Assembly (NCBI GenBank): GCA_951804945.1
Contig: OX638154.1
Location: 32,736,001-32,800,000 of the forward strand
Direction of reading: 5' to 3'
Source: Podarcis cretensis
Taxonomy: Eukaryota
DNA length: 64,000 nucleotides
A program made the position numbers and the translations under genes. This document shows positions 38,588-53,066 of the stretch, piece after piece. The first letter of the stretch is position 1, and each line of letters opens with the position of its first letter. Under the pieces are notes generated by a model. The model ran no database searches, had not been told where the DNA came from, and was given only the letters and a program-made list of their open reading frames with translations.

Positions 38588-39227
38588 CTTCAAGAAGAAA
38601 AAAGAGGGGGAGGGAATTAGTTTTCACTGTAACACAACAATGTTTGAAACACATAGAATAATAAAAACAATATTTGTTTATTTTGTAGGCACCATAGCCC
38701 ATGCCCATCTGATACCCTACAAATGTTTTGGACTACAACTCTAATCAGCCCACGCTCACACAGCTGTGCTGGAACTGATGAACGTCAAGGGCATATGGGC
38801 AAGTTTTGTAATGCCTTCTTTCAGCCTCATTGTATCCTGTTTGTACAGGTACATTTTTATTATTAGTTTTAATATAATACAGCACTTAATTTGTTCAAAA
38901 ACATACACACAAGAGCACTAAGCATTGTGTACCAGAATATTTATATAGTCAGGGATTAGGTTTCCAAACACCTCAAAATTAAATATTGGAAGCAACATGA
39001 AAGATTCTGTTGGGTTGTTGTTGTTTTTAAAAAAGCAAGTGTGCACCCTTGTATTTTGAAACTTTGTATTCTTTTCCCTACTTTAAAAAGTCCTCACATT
39101 GGTGTCATTTGCAACCAGTTTCAAAAGACCACAGCACTTACAACAGACTTGCTTTTAATTGACTCCTTTTAAATTCTGAGCAACAGCCATACTTTTCCTA
39201 GTAGACAGTACAATCTCCCTTCTGAAG

Positions 39228-39271
39228 TAAGCAAGCAAGCAAACAAACAAACAAACAAACAAACAAACACA
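39228..39271. repeat. (AAGC)n(AAAC)n tetranucleotide repeat
   Basis: Read directly. Confidence 0.9.
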
Positions 39272-39387
39272 CAGCATCAAAAACATTTTGCATTTTTCTT
39301 ATGTGTCAATACCTAATATTCATAATAAAAGAGTGTGGGTATGTGTAAAGTAATAACACATTCTGCTTCTCAAACTGAAATCACAAG

Positions 39388-39544
39388 TGTCTTTACTTGG
39401 ACTTTGTTATTTAAACTCACATGCAACTACTCATTCTACTTGCTTATTTTATAGCTTTTATCTTTTAATTTTCTTCTGTTGTTATAATTATACTGTGTTT
39501 TCTATACATTATAATAAAAAGCTTTACCCCAAAAAAACCCCGCC
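39388..39544 (+). mobile_element. Short AT-rich retroposed insertion (LINE 3'-UTR-like)
   Basis: 14-bp TSD ACTGAAATCACAAG (39374-39387, 39545-39558); AATAAA plus A-rich end; related copy at ~59455-59585. Confidence 0.7.
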
Positions 39545-40245
39545 ACTGAAATCACAAGAAACTCATAATACCCTCTTGACCATTAAATATTGCTAGTTTC
39601 ATCCACCAATTTCTGCATCAAGGGTGGAAAAGGCTTTTCACTAAGATTACAATACATTGGCTTATTCATATATAAAAATTCTATTTCAGGAATCTATTAT
39701 ACCCTCAGCATATGTATTTGACTTTAAAGGTCCCCAAAAAGGGGACAGTAGCATTATCAAGGGATAAAAGAGAGTAGTGCTGTTAACATCAGTGGAAATC
39801 TGCCATTTACCAAGAAGGAAAAAAGGTACTGCATTGTACTGGACAGTTAGGTCTCCAACACAAAGAAATGACAGAACATAAAACTCCGGGGGGGGGGGGG
39901 GGGCGGGACGACGACGACACACAATTTAACACTTACTAAACTCTGAACAAGATTTTGTAATGAGGCATAAAGCTTTATTCTTAAAAAACCAACCTTTCTT
40001 TAGCTTAATAAAACTGATCTGTTCAGGAAACAGAATTCCAATATAATGAAACACTTTTTACTTGTTAAGCAAGCGGGTTTAGTGAAGATGGAACCTCCAC
40101 CCCCCACACAAAAGCACCTCCCTTCGTCTCTTCTAGTTTTCATCCCTCTGCGACTAAGCAGAGGGTGTTTCTGGAACTCATTTTATGATATTTTTCAGAA
40201 GTCAACAGAAAGAGGTTTTATAAATATTTCAAAACACTGTAAAAA

Positions 40246-40297
<52 letters not shown>
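40246..40297. repeat. Compound (TG)n(TA)n microsatellite
   Basis: Read directly. Confidence 0.95.
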
Positions 40298-40300
<3 letters not shown>

Positions 40301-41152
40301 GGTCTGCGGTTGGACAGGCAGTTTATTACTGACATCACAGACACTAGCCCATCAGCCCAATGCACAACAGCTTCTACTACAGCCCTGTAGATTCTCCCCC
40401 CCCCCCCAAAAAAAAACACCCCTGAGAAAGGAAAGGCATGTTTGGATTAAACACTGCAAAGGTACTTCAAATCAGCTTCACTGCTGCTAAATGCTATGCA
40501 TTTCTTCATCCTTATTGGGCTCTTGAAATGGGCTAGAGGTAGCAATATGGAATTTTGAGGATTTGTTCCTTTGAGCAGGTGACCTTTCTATGACATATCA
40601 CATTCCCTGCATTTCAAGAGCAGGTTGTCATGCTGTGTGTCTGGGGGTGGGTGGCAGAGCTCCTGCTTGTGAAACACATATCTAAAGTCTCCTTAGATTC
40701 TCAGAATATTTTCAGAGATTTTTTAAAAAATCTTGACCAACACAAAAGTATATTGCAATTCCATGAAAATAGCATTTTGCAAAGTTGCAGAAGATCTTTT
40801 CCCTGGGATAGAAAACTGAGAGTTCTATTTACATTCATTACCAGAAAGGACACTGTATGCTATATGGCCAAATGAAACACATGGAAACAAGGTACATAGA
40901 ACAGTCAGTATTTAAGAAGACAACAAATAAAAGGTAAAGAGGCACTGAAGAAATGGAAAACACAACCACAAACATGTAAAAATCATGTTAGTGACTATAT
41001 ATTTATCAGTGTTAAAGACAAGTTATAAAAGCATAGCACACAGTCCAAAGGGAGGAACAAGAATGAAATGGAGGACTACCTTAAGCTGTTTTCAACCATG
41101 GCAGTGAAAGGGGACAGCAGATGCCCAGAACCCAAGAAAACATCCAACCAAC

Positions 41153-41233
41153 CTTGGTGAACTGGTGAACAATGATATGCAGGCAGTGTCTCTTCATATC
41201 CAGAGCCTGGGTCTTGTCAGCTGCCTCTAAAAT
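41153..41233 (-). CDS. LZTR1: LZTR1 exon (human 20 equivalent)
   Basis: [27 protein letters not shown]; ttcag/gttggt; 81 nt. Confidence 0.95.
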
Positions 41234-41331
41234 CTGAAACACAGTTTCTACATTTTTACTATGTTAAAAACAACAACAAACCAAACCACTTTAAATGTTT
41301 AATTGTTTAAGAGCAGTCTTTATAGATTAAT

Positions 41332-41765
41332 GGTGCAATCCTATTGTAAGATCCACTGGGGTGAGCAGGATTAGGATCCAAAAGATCTCCAGCTGTGCTG
41401 AGAGGTTCCCAGTACAGACAGGCTACACTGGCTTCCCCATCTGCAGCTCAGGTACAGAGACACCAACAGAACCAGGACTCAGCTGGCTGAGCCAAGCCCA
41501 GTGACTCTTAAGCCAATGTAAGCCCTGAGAAAGGGGAGTTGCATACAGCTCAGTCAAGGAAACTGGCAACTGAGTGTAAATTAAGCCATCAAAAGGGTGG
41601 TGTAACACACTATTTTAAAAGCTTATTTTCCCTCTGCTAGGCTTAGGCTGCCTCAGCCAGCTGTAGCCTGACTCCTGAAATGAGTCTGAATCCTAGTGTA
41701 TTTGCACTGGCTTAATTTACGCCAGGCATGCTTTATTCCAGCTTCTTGTGTATAGGATCGCTCCC
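41332..41765. mobile_element. Putative MITE
   Basis: Imperfect inverted ends GGTGCAATCCTAT / ATAGGATCGCTCC. Confidence 0.45.
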
Positions 41766-42290
41766 AGGATTTTCGTGTTTTCTTGTATTTGAGGCAGAAA
41801 ACAGCATAGAACTAGATACTGATTATGCACCCTCCATTTTTAATCTTATGGCAGTCATAAAGTAATTGGGGCACTTCCATAAAACTTAACAAACAAACAT
41901 TAAAAAAACAACAACCACAAAACTTTATTTAAAAAGTTTTCATTTAGAAAATAAAATAGTAATTGGGGCAATTCCTATGATACTGCATCAGCTCAAGTCT
42001 GTGTAGAAATATATTAAGGATTTAGCCACTTTGTAGGGTGTTTTTACACGATGGGGCCAGTAGGATGCAATCCCAACCTATGCACCATTTTCTATGGGAA
42101 GGAGTGCATTTAACCCTCTTTAGGCAGTGGCCGTAATGTTCATCTGGGAATGTGAATTCATCTTACAAACCTCCAAGACAAAAATTTATGGGTCTTTTAT
42201 TTGACAAGTTTCCATAGAAAAAAATATGTTAGAAGCTAATTGTAATTACAGTTATTAATTGTAATTGTAATTACAGTTAGTTCCTGATTA

Positions 42291-43464
<1,174 letters not shown>

Positions 43465-44267
43465 TCAGTCAAAATAATTAAGGCATTTTTCTGCCACTGT
43501 CTGCTTTTCATAAGATTGTTTCACTAATTTTTAGCCAGCAAGAAAAAAAGTGGATGGTGGGAGGCCTAAGGCATTTCTAAATGCCTCTTTTATATATTAA
43601 ATTGCTTAAGTCTAGGCTTATCAAAATGCAGAATTTTAACAAGCTGTTTCAGAAACACATCCCATATCATGTCTTGAACAAACAATGATTAATGAATACC
43701 AACTAACTAGCATTTCTAAATTTATTTCTTAATAACCTATTTCCCTATACTTTCCTTCAGCAAATTTGCTTTAGGATTATACTACATGCATCTATAAAGT
43801 AGCCTCTGCTCTATGAAAGCTTATGCCGTATTACAATTCTTCAAGAATTTCAATGCTGTCCCTTGTAGCTTGACTTCAGAAAGTGGGTTTCAAACTAAAT
43901 CACTGCATAAGCAGAATGACTTCCACTTGACAATGTGACTTGAACAATGCCCTCATCCTCCCCCTGTGCCACCTACAAATCTGTTGTTCGACTCATGCAG
44001 TAAGTTATTTAGTGTTGCTTTAGATACAACCTTATGGATTTTTATCACAATGTGTTGATTATCGTACCAGCACCAGGATGTTTGTGTTATAACCAACGCT
44101 GTCTTGTCAATTGCCACTTTATCTGTTTTGCTTTTACATAATTCTTAATATTGTTTTTGCATTTGGTTCCCCTCTAACTTCACTCTTCCCCACATGTGTG
44201 CACACGCTGACCAATTTACATCAAACACCTGATGAAGTGGACTCGGGTCAAAAAAGGTTTTGCTATA

Positions 44268-44495
44268 CAGTGGTACCTCCAGTTACAAACTTAATTTGTT
44301 CCGGAGGTCCGTTCTTAACCCAAAACCATTCTTAACCTGAGCTGCGCTTTCGCTAATGGGGCTTCCCACTGCCACGCGACTTCCGCTCACATCCTGGGGC
44401 AAACTTCACTACCGGGAGCACCTACTTCCGGGTTAGCGGAGCTCGTTACCCGGACCATTCATAAGGAGGATGGTACATAACCCGAGATTCCACTG
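44268..44495. mobile_element. Tc1/mariner-type MITE, related to 21224 copy, opposite orientation
   Basis: TA-CAGTGGTACCTC...GAGATTCCACTG-TA; shared internal ttccggaggtc segment. Confidence 0.83.
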
Positions 44496-45253
44496 TAATA
44501 AATATGCTAATCTTCTAAGGTGCAACAAGACAGTGTTGTTTCCCCTGCAACACACTAAGTTGGATATCCCAGAGAAAAAAGTTACTTTTGTATTTCTCAT
44601 TCCCCAATAATTTCTGCAACCTCTCTTAGCAAAACATTCCATCAAAAGTTGGTAGTTTAAGTGTGGTAGTGGCATAGGTATCCAGTCAAATTTACAATCA
44701 AAGTTACCTATGCTTTCCAGACAAGTAGCCTGGTTAGTATGTTGCAGCAAAAGCAATAGTCCTGTGGCAGCTTAAAGAGTATGGTAAGATACTATCTTTC
44801 TTAGAGACTGTTTGACATTACTCCTGATTGTGAGAACAGGAGCAGATTTCAGTATACTCCCCCCTCCCCCAATCTCTGCATATAAGCCAACATCCAAACC
44901 GGGGCAGAGGGCACAATTATTTTAACATGGATCTCCGATGTTCCTGGATATCAAATCTGTTTTGCACTGTGCATTCAATATCCATAACACATCAAGGGAG
45001 ATCCCCATTCCAACAGCAGTGGAACTCCACTCAGGAACTCCCTCCATTCAGGAACTTGCCATAAAAAGAACAAGGAGAACAGAAAGGAAACAAAAACCTA
45101 AGTGAAATGAAAGGAGAAAGTAAAGCCCCAACAGCTGAAAGTATAACTATGTACCACTGAATGACTGATCTAGCAATAATAATTAATAATGATGTCATTA
45201 TTTGCACCTTGCCCATGTGACTGGGTTGCCCCAGCCACTCTGGGCAGCTTCTA

Positions 45254-45658
<405 letters not shown>

Positions 45659-45759
45659 TTATTAGTACTTATTTCATTTAACTTTCTATGAAGCATCTCA
45701 AAGTGGCTTCACAATACTGCATGTATACAAACAGTAATTATATATATAAAACAGTTTCA

Positions 45760-46600
45760 AAGCCAATACAGACACTGTTTGGGATAAAAATCTCCACTTA
45801 GAAAGTTTTTTGAAAGAGGAAAGTTTTCAACAGGAACTGAAAAAAACAACAACAAACAGTGCCTCTTTGATATGAAAGGTGGGGAGGGAGTTCCAAAGGG
45901 TAGGTGCCACCAGACTAAAGGCCAGATTTCAACGTTGTGCAGAACAGACCTCCTGATAAGATGGTATTTGCAGGATGCCCTCATCTGCAGAGCACAGTGA
46001 CTGATTGGGTATGTAAGGAGTCTTTTATGTATCCTGGTCCCAAGCTGTTTAGGACTTTGTACCAGCATCCTGAACTTAGCCTGGAAACTAACTGGCCACC
46101 AGCGAAATTCTTTCAGAAGTGGTGTAATATGATGGCAGGAAGCCACCACATTTTACACGAGTTGCAGCTTCTGGGTCAACCTAAAGGGCAGCTCCATGTA
46201 GAGTGCACTGCAGCAATCCAAACTGGATTTTCCACACGTGGGTGTCAGACTACCCCATTCTAGAAATGGTTGTAAACGTATTACCAGCTGAAAGCACAAG
46301 GCATCAAGGTCACCTGGGTCTCTAGTGAAAGAGATGGATGCAGGCACATCCACAGATCCGGTATCGGAAACCACCCTACCAACAGTGTTTCTGTCTTGTC
46401 AGAATTCTGAATTAGTTTGTCCAGCTCACTGCCAAATCCAGGTGCCAGTCCAAGGTTTGCCCAGCCTCTCCCAAATCAGATGTTAGAGAGAAAAAGAACT
46501 GGAACCATTAGCATACACATGACACCTCACTCCAGATCCCCTAATGACCACTCACAACAGCTTCATGTAGATATTAAATAGGAGAGTACACTGTGATCCC
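45760..46600 (-). mobile_element. Old L2-like LINE 3' fragment
   Basis: SSLDCCSALYMELPFRLTQKLQLV; HHITPLLKEFRWWPVSFQAKFRMLV; boundaries approximate. Confidence 0.75.
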
Positions 46601-47272
46601 CCTTAGCACAACTGCTAGGGGTGTTGAGAGATAATCACCTCAAATCAACCAAATTGATCACCATCAGTAACGAGGGGGACTTGCACGGCTTAAAAATAGA
46701 ATTTGCAAACAGAAAAATGGTATCCAAGAGTTTCACTCTTTCCTATCCTATAGTTTGGTTAAATGATTCTCTTCAGCAAGCCACTGAGTTTTATTTTAAG
46801 GACGGCCCTCTACCAGCATTATGCAATAAAATGCCATGGGACTAACTATGTATGCAGAACCTGATACTGATAGGTACTCCAGTTCTCAATCTGGGTAAAA
46901 GTTACACCATTACTCAACCCAGCTACTCAGACCAGCAACAGGGTCTCTGGTTTTCATGACCCTTTAGTGGGTGGTAACCTCTTGTCAGACCATCAATAAG
47001 AGCTAGCCAACAATCAGATTTCCATTCTCGCCCTGCTAAAAACTACGAAGTGCCACTACACTATCCTCTTAAGATACATTTTATTTCAAAATAACTTTTT
47101 TATGAATTTTGTTCTACATCCCTCTATCAACTCTTGAAAGAGTTAAAGTAGTTGCGCAAGCAGAACTAAATGACAGCAACAACCGGAGACAGTCATGTTC
47201 AGGATCTGGGTCATTATTTACATTCATCAAGAGCCACAAACGATCTTTCATTCAGGAAGGAAGGTGCGTTAC

Positions 47273-47429
47273 CAATATCAAGAGGCTGATCGGAATGTGT
47301 TCGAAGTGGAGGTTGCTGTTTTCTTCGTACTATCTCCACGATCAAAGCTGAGGAAAGGTGTTCAAATTCTTTCATCATTATTACTTGATTAAAGTGTGAT
47401 TCTTTTACTACAAAATTCAGGCAGTGTTC
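47273..47429 (-). CDS. LZTR1: LZTR1 exon (human 16 equivalent)
   Basis: [52 protein letters not shown]; tttag/gtaacg; 157 nt. Confidence 0.96.
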
Positions 47430-47634
47430 CTAAAGGAAACAAATAATTGTTTGTCATCTGAAGAACCACCACCACTTTAAGAAAAACACAAGTCTGTCAT
47501 ATTTCTCTTGCAATTTATATTTGAAGAATCTACCAGCAAGTCTTTTCTCCCTCAGAATGTTCTAGAATGGGATTTAACCAATTTGGACTAGGGTTTTTAA
47601 ATGAAATCTTATTCATAGTCTTGCACACACCTAC

Positions 47635-47804
47635 CTTTAGCTGATCTAACTGAAGTTTGTTCGCATTTTCGCACACAACAAGCACATTCTGCAGATCGAC
47701 TGAGGCCTCAATATACTGGACACACAGCTGTTCCAGTCGTGAGAGTTTGAAGTTAAGGGCCAATTTGTACACATCCATGATTAGCAATACATCTTGCACG
47801 TGCC
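47635..47804 (-). CDS. LZTR1: LZTR1 exon (human 15 equivalent)
   Basis: [57 protein letters not shown]; tacag/gtaggt; 170 nt. Confidence 0.97.
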
Positions 47805-48082
47805 CTGTACAACACAAAAATATATATAAAAAATAATTTAATTTAATGTACTTAAGACAGTGAGAAAAGTGTGACAGCAGGCAGGGAAAGGTTCCCTGTT
47901 CCAATATTAAGAACAACTTAATTGGGCTCTACTAGCATAGTATGAAAATGCCCTTGAAGCACAGATAAATAACAATGTGTTTATGGATTGAAACTACATA
48001 GTTATTATGTGAAGAAACTCTGAAAGAGGCTGAGACAGAAAATTTACACTTCTTCTCCCAGGAAGCTATTCTGCTACCCTAC

Positions 48083-48266
48083 CTCTGCGTGGGTATTTGA
48101 TTTTGTCGGTGTACAGGAACTGCATGAGCACCTCAAAAGGCTGGGCTTCAGCTTCCCGGATGGTCACCTCCAGCAGCGGCTGCAGGCGGCACAGCTTGAC
48201 ATTGTTGCCTGCTGTCTCCATCTGGGGTGTCCCTTCTACTTCTTCATCAACATCTTGCTTAGATTT
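48083..48266 (-). CDS. LZTR1: LZTR1 exon (human 14 equivalent), first BTB
   Basis: [61 protein letters not shown]; gttag/gtaggg; 184 nt; 5' linker is divergent so acceptor less certain. Confidence 0.9.
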
Positions 48267-48830
48267 CTAACATCACAATGGGAACAAGGAAAGACTGAAC
48301 CATCTGGGCAATCTTACAGCACAACAGCACCCCAAAACCATTCATGCATTTAACCATGTACAGACAATATCACGCAAACCAACTTTTGTTTTTAACGTAA
48401 CTTCAGTACTAAAAACCTAGAATGGGGTCACCAATGTTGTGCTCTCCAGATGTTGTTAGGCTAGAACTCCTATCAGCCCCAGCCAGGATGGCCAATGTAC
48501 AGGGATAATGACAGTTATAGTCCAACAGCATTCAGGTAATCATGCTAGCTATCCCTCACCTAGAACATCCTGTTTCTTAAACAAAACAAACAATTCTGAC
48601 ATAGGTGCTCATCCAGGTTAACGGAATCCAATCACAGCGTCTGTCTTTCAATTTATCAAGACAAACTTATGATAGATATTGCTGTGCCATGTCAATGAAA
48701 CTGCAAATCTGGAAGTCATGAGATTAACCACAGAATCAATTCTTCAAAATGTTTTTCAGAATGCATGCCATGACAATGACTGCTATAATAGCTAATCGTC
48801 CCACAAGGAAACCTTCTCAGCAAATCATAC

Positions 48831-48926
48831 CTGCTTCAATCTCTCTCTTGCCTGTGTAATTTTCTTCCTGAGCCACTTACAGCGGGCTGTGACAATGGCT
48901 GTATGTCCTCGCACTCTTTCTTCCTT
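48831..48926 (-). CDS. LZTR1: LZTR1 exon (human 13 equivalent)
   Basis: [32 protein letters not shown]; gacag/gtatga; 96 nt. Confidence 0.95.
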
Positions 48927-49075
48927 CTGTCAAACAGTTGAGAGAAAAAGAATTACATTCTTTGACAGTTATAGGATTTGACAGATAGCTGAATTTTAAA
49001 ATCTTTTAACTTGCTGCAGTAACAGCTGATGAGAGGCAACACAGCAAAAAAAACCCTTATTTTCATTTTTAAATA

Positions 49076-49223
49076 CATGCAATTCTCCATTTACATGGGA
49101 GTTATGTTCCAAGGCACCGGGAAGCCCATAAGCCCGCCCCATGCTGCCCCTTTGCAATGCCAAAAATGGCGCGTGCATCAGCGGTGACGCACATGCCAAC
49201 TGTGCGAAATGGGGAGGTACCTG
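49076..49223. mobile_element. Degenerate Tc1/mariner-type MITE
   Basis: TA flanks; imperfect inverted ends (..ccattt.. / ..aaatggggaggtacctg). Confidence 0.4.
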
Positions 49224-49752
49224 TACAAAATGAGGAGATTGCTACAGATGTGCAATAGCTAGTATAAACCTAACATTATTTCAACATTTTCCAACATCAA
49301 TATTACACCATCCATGTTGATATCATGCAAACGTTAACATATTCTTGCTGGCAACTTTTAAATCCTGAAACCAGGGGTATAAAAAGTGACAAGCAGAGAT
49401 AATGGGCAATATCCAGTTAAGGATACTATAAGTATATCCACAGAAATCAATGCATTTAAGTTCAATGGGTCTACTCTGACTGGACCTCACTCAATGTACT
49501 ACTCCATTTCCCTATTTCCTAAATAACAGTGGAATGTGCCACTATCATACCTACCCCTATAACCTATACATAGAGAAAACTCTTCAGTGAAAAAGCACAT
49601 AAAAAGCCAATTTGCAACCTCTGTTTCTCTCCCTCTCTATCAAAGTACTGTATATAATTAAAAGTATCTGATGTAGTATTGTATCACAACTGTATCTCTT
49701 TAGCCAGGAAGGAAACAACTTCTGCTCAACATTTCCATTAGAACACACTCAC

Positions 49753-49845
49753 CTCTCCAAGAACAAATTCCAGGTCACTGAATTGCCTGTTTTCCCACAG
49801 TCTTCCATAGTCATCATGTAAAGTGCATTTGGGATAACAAGAAAA
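49753..49845 (-). CDS. LZTR1: LZTR1 exon (human 12 equivalent)
   Basis: [31 protein letters not shown]; ttcag/gtgagt; 93 nt. Confidence 0.96.
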
Positions 49846-50795
49846 CTGAAAATAAGAGTTGAAGTCCTGTTAAAAGTCTGAAATGGAAAGGTTCTGTCGT
49901 GTTGCCGTATTACAAAAGTGTAATTATTAAAGTTGCCATTGGAACCAATGTATTGTTGCAGTATATAGCAGCCAGCTGTAGAATGACTTACAACATTTGA
50001 ACAGGAACAGAGCGAAAGAAGCATCCAGGCCTAATTCACAGGTGCCAACAGCGGTGTAGGTGGCCACTTGAAATATAACCAAGTGGGGGCAACTCTGCAT
50101 GGAAAGCTATCTGAAATGTGTGTAGTATTAGTGAATTTCAACATACATCAACACAAATATACAAAAAATAAATAAATCGGGAATATATGAATAGCTAGAA
50201 TAAAAGTATTTCACATGAACAGCTTGTTGCACTGAGCCATCTCAGAATAGCTGTGTTCAAGCAGCCACCCACATCACTTCTTATATTTGCAAATCAAGTT
50301 TTCGCTAAGTAGGCAGAGGATAACACATTTCCATGATGTACTTGTGATTCTATGATGAGATGCCATGTGCTCAGGTAGAAGGATATATGCTCTGGCAGGG
50401 AAGTTTGCATATATCAGCCAGGTGCAGCAAAAATTAATATGAAGCTCCTGTTACATTTAAGCATCTTTGTTTTCGATTCATATGGGTGCAAACTCATACT
50501 GGCAACTATTTTGGAGAGCTGCCTAATGCTATTGTTATGGATATGAATGTTGACATATATGTGGCACTCACTTCCTGGTCACAGGGCCATGCTTCAAGAT
50601 GAGTTGTTTAAAGAACATTGTTTGAAATGTTGATGAAATGGTCGAACTTACGTTGATTAAAGTTTCACGTTATAATTTAGAATGAAGCCAAACATAAAAA
50701 CTTTTAAAATAAATTGTTCTTTGCTGTTAAACTTGGTCATTGGGGAAAAATAATAGTTATCATAATCTTAAATGAAATGAACACCAGTGGTTTTA

Positions 50796-50915
<120 letters not shown>

Positions 50916-51103
50916 CTAGAAGGGGAGGTTGGGGGGAAGACACACAACATGAGCAGACAGTGTATCTGTCAAATATATAAAACAGAGATTTTTCAACCCA
51001 AAGGCCACATTTCCCTGATGGCAACTTTCTGGGGGGTTATTCAGCAACATCTGGAGGGCTAAAGGTTCCCCACACCAGATTTAAATCTTAATACTTTTTT
51101 TAC

Positions 51104-51305
51104 CTCGCTATCTGGGCTTGGCTGGATAACTTCCCATGTCTGAGAATCTACATCATAGCAGTGAAGTTCATTAGGCAATGTGTTGTCCGCAGCGCCACCA
51201 AACACATAGAGATGGCGATCGAAGGCAACCATTGTGTGACCATATCTCCGCTGTGGGGGAGGAGGAGAGCCCCGCAGTAAATGCTCAGTCGGAATTCTTG
51301 TCCAA
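51104..51305 (-). CDS. LZTR1: LZTR1 exon 9 (Kelch)
   Basis: [67 protein letters not shown]; ttcag/gtaaaa; 202 nt. Confidence 0.97.
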
Positions 51306-51553
51306 CTGAAGTAGAAAACAAAAGGTTTCAGTGGCTCAGTCCCTAAAGACACACATGAATCCATATACACAACTATGTTATCTTTCATTCTCATAGCATA
51401 CCACAAGCTGTAGTATGATATCAATTTTATAGCTCTTTTTATGTGTATATTATGTGTTTTGGATCTGTTGTCTTGTCTAAGATGCAATACTCACTCAGAC
51501 TGCAATCCTAATGATAATCCTGAATACAGTGGGATTATTTCTGAATAGACATA

Positions 51554-51898
51554 AAGGTAAAGGTAAAGGGACCCCTGACCATTAGGTCCAGTTGTGACCA
51601 ACTCTGGGGTTGCGGCACTCATCTTGCTTTATTGGCCGAGGGAGCCGGTGTACAGCTTCCGGGTCATGTGGCCAGCATGACTAAGCCACTTCTGGCGAAC
51701 CAGAGCAGCGCATGGAAACACCGTTTACCTTCCCGCCGGAGCGGCATCTATTTATCTACTTGCACTTTGATGTGCTTTCGAACTGCTAGGTTGGCAGGAA
51801 CTGGGACCGAGCAATGGGAGCTCACCCCGTCGCAGGGATTCGAACCGCTGACCTTCTGATCGGCAAGTCCTAGGCTCTGTGGTTTAACCCACAGCACC
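51554..51898 (-). mobile_element. Sauria SINE flanked by long direct repeat
   Basis: Tail and B-box present; flanks duplicated (51367-51553 / 51899-52088). Confidence 0.93.
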
Positions 51899-52926
51899 AC
51901 ACAACTTTGTTATCTTTCATTCTCATAGCACACCACAAGCTGTAGTATGATATCAATTCTATAGCTCTTTTCTTTATGGGTATATTATGTGTTTTGGATC
52001 TGTTGTCTTGTCTAAGATGCAATACTCACTCAGACTGCAATCCTAATGACAATTCTGAATACAGTGGGATTATTTCTGAACAGACATACGATTGTGCTAT
52101 TTCTTTTAAACTTATTTTAAATGCATTGGTACAATGAATTTTGCTTGTAAGCAATAAATGTAAACATTTGCAACATATGGGAAAGAAGTACAAGCTTTTG
52201 TCTGAGTAAGTGACTTTAGTAGGTACATATATTATAAGTGCCCCAATATACATCAAGTGAGCAGAACAACAGTCTGTAATGACAATCCTTGCCCTTCATG
52301 GGCGAGGAGAGCTATAGTGCTTTGGCTTTCTGGCCCCAACCTGGTGTGTCAAATGCATTAACAATGCATGATGTCATCTCACAATATTATTACACAAAAG
52401 CAGGGGTGGCTACTCCCAAACTGGGGGCCTAATTCAGTACCCAAACAAGTGTTTATACTCTCACGGTCCCACTAACTTTGATGGGAGCAGAAAAAATATA
52501 AAAGCAGACACAGTGCTGGGGTAGGAAGAAGAGGCTTAAAACTGCTCCACCCAAGTCCAAATGAGAATCAGCTGCAGCTACAGCCCCCTTTACATTTTTA
52601 TTAGTATTTTCATACTTTTTCCTATTGAATTGACCCCCCCCCCCAATATTTTTGTGGGCACATTATAAAAATCACATTAAATACTTCAACTGCTTCTATT
52701 TCACAGTACAGGCAACCCCCAATTTGAGTGGGGGTTTTCTTCCTGGTTGTCACGTGCGATGGCAGAGCACACATAAGTCCGCCCTGCCTTTTACACCCTC
52801 GTCTGGGTCCAAAAATGACACACACATGCACCATCACATGTGCTTTGAACATGCACAAAATGGTTGTTCCTGTATTATTTTTAATTCAGCCACAATTTGG
52901 ATTGGGTTGGGTATTTTGATACTCAC

Positions 52927-53066
52927 ATTTTTTCCTTGAATTCAAACTGAAAAAGATTATTGGTGATCTTTGCTCCGCTCTGACCAGAGAAGACAAACAT
53001 CTTCTCTTTGCAAACAGCTACAGGAAAATTGCAACACGAAGGAGGAATCTCACCCGTTTGCTTAAT
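52927..53066 (-). CDS. LZTR1: LZTR1 exon 8 (Kelch)
   Basis: [46 protein letters not shown]; ttcag/gtgagt; 140 nt. Confidence 0.96.
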
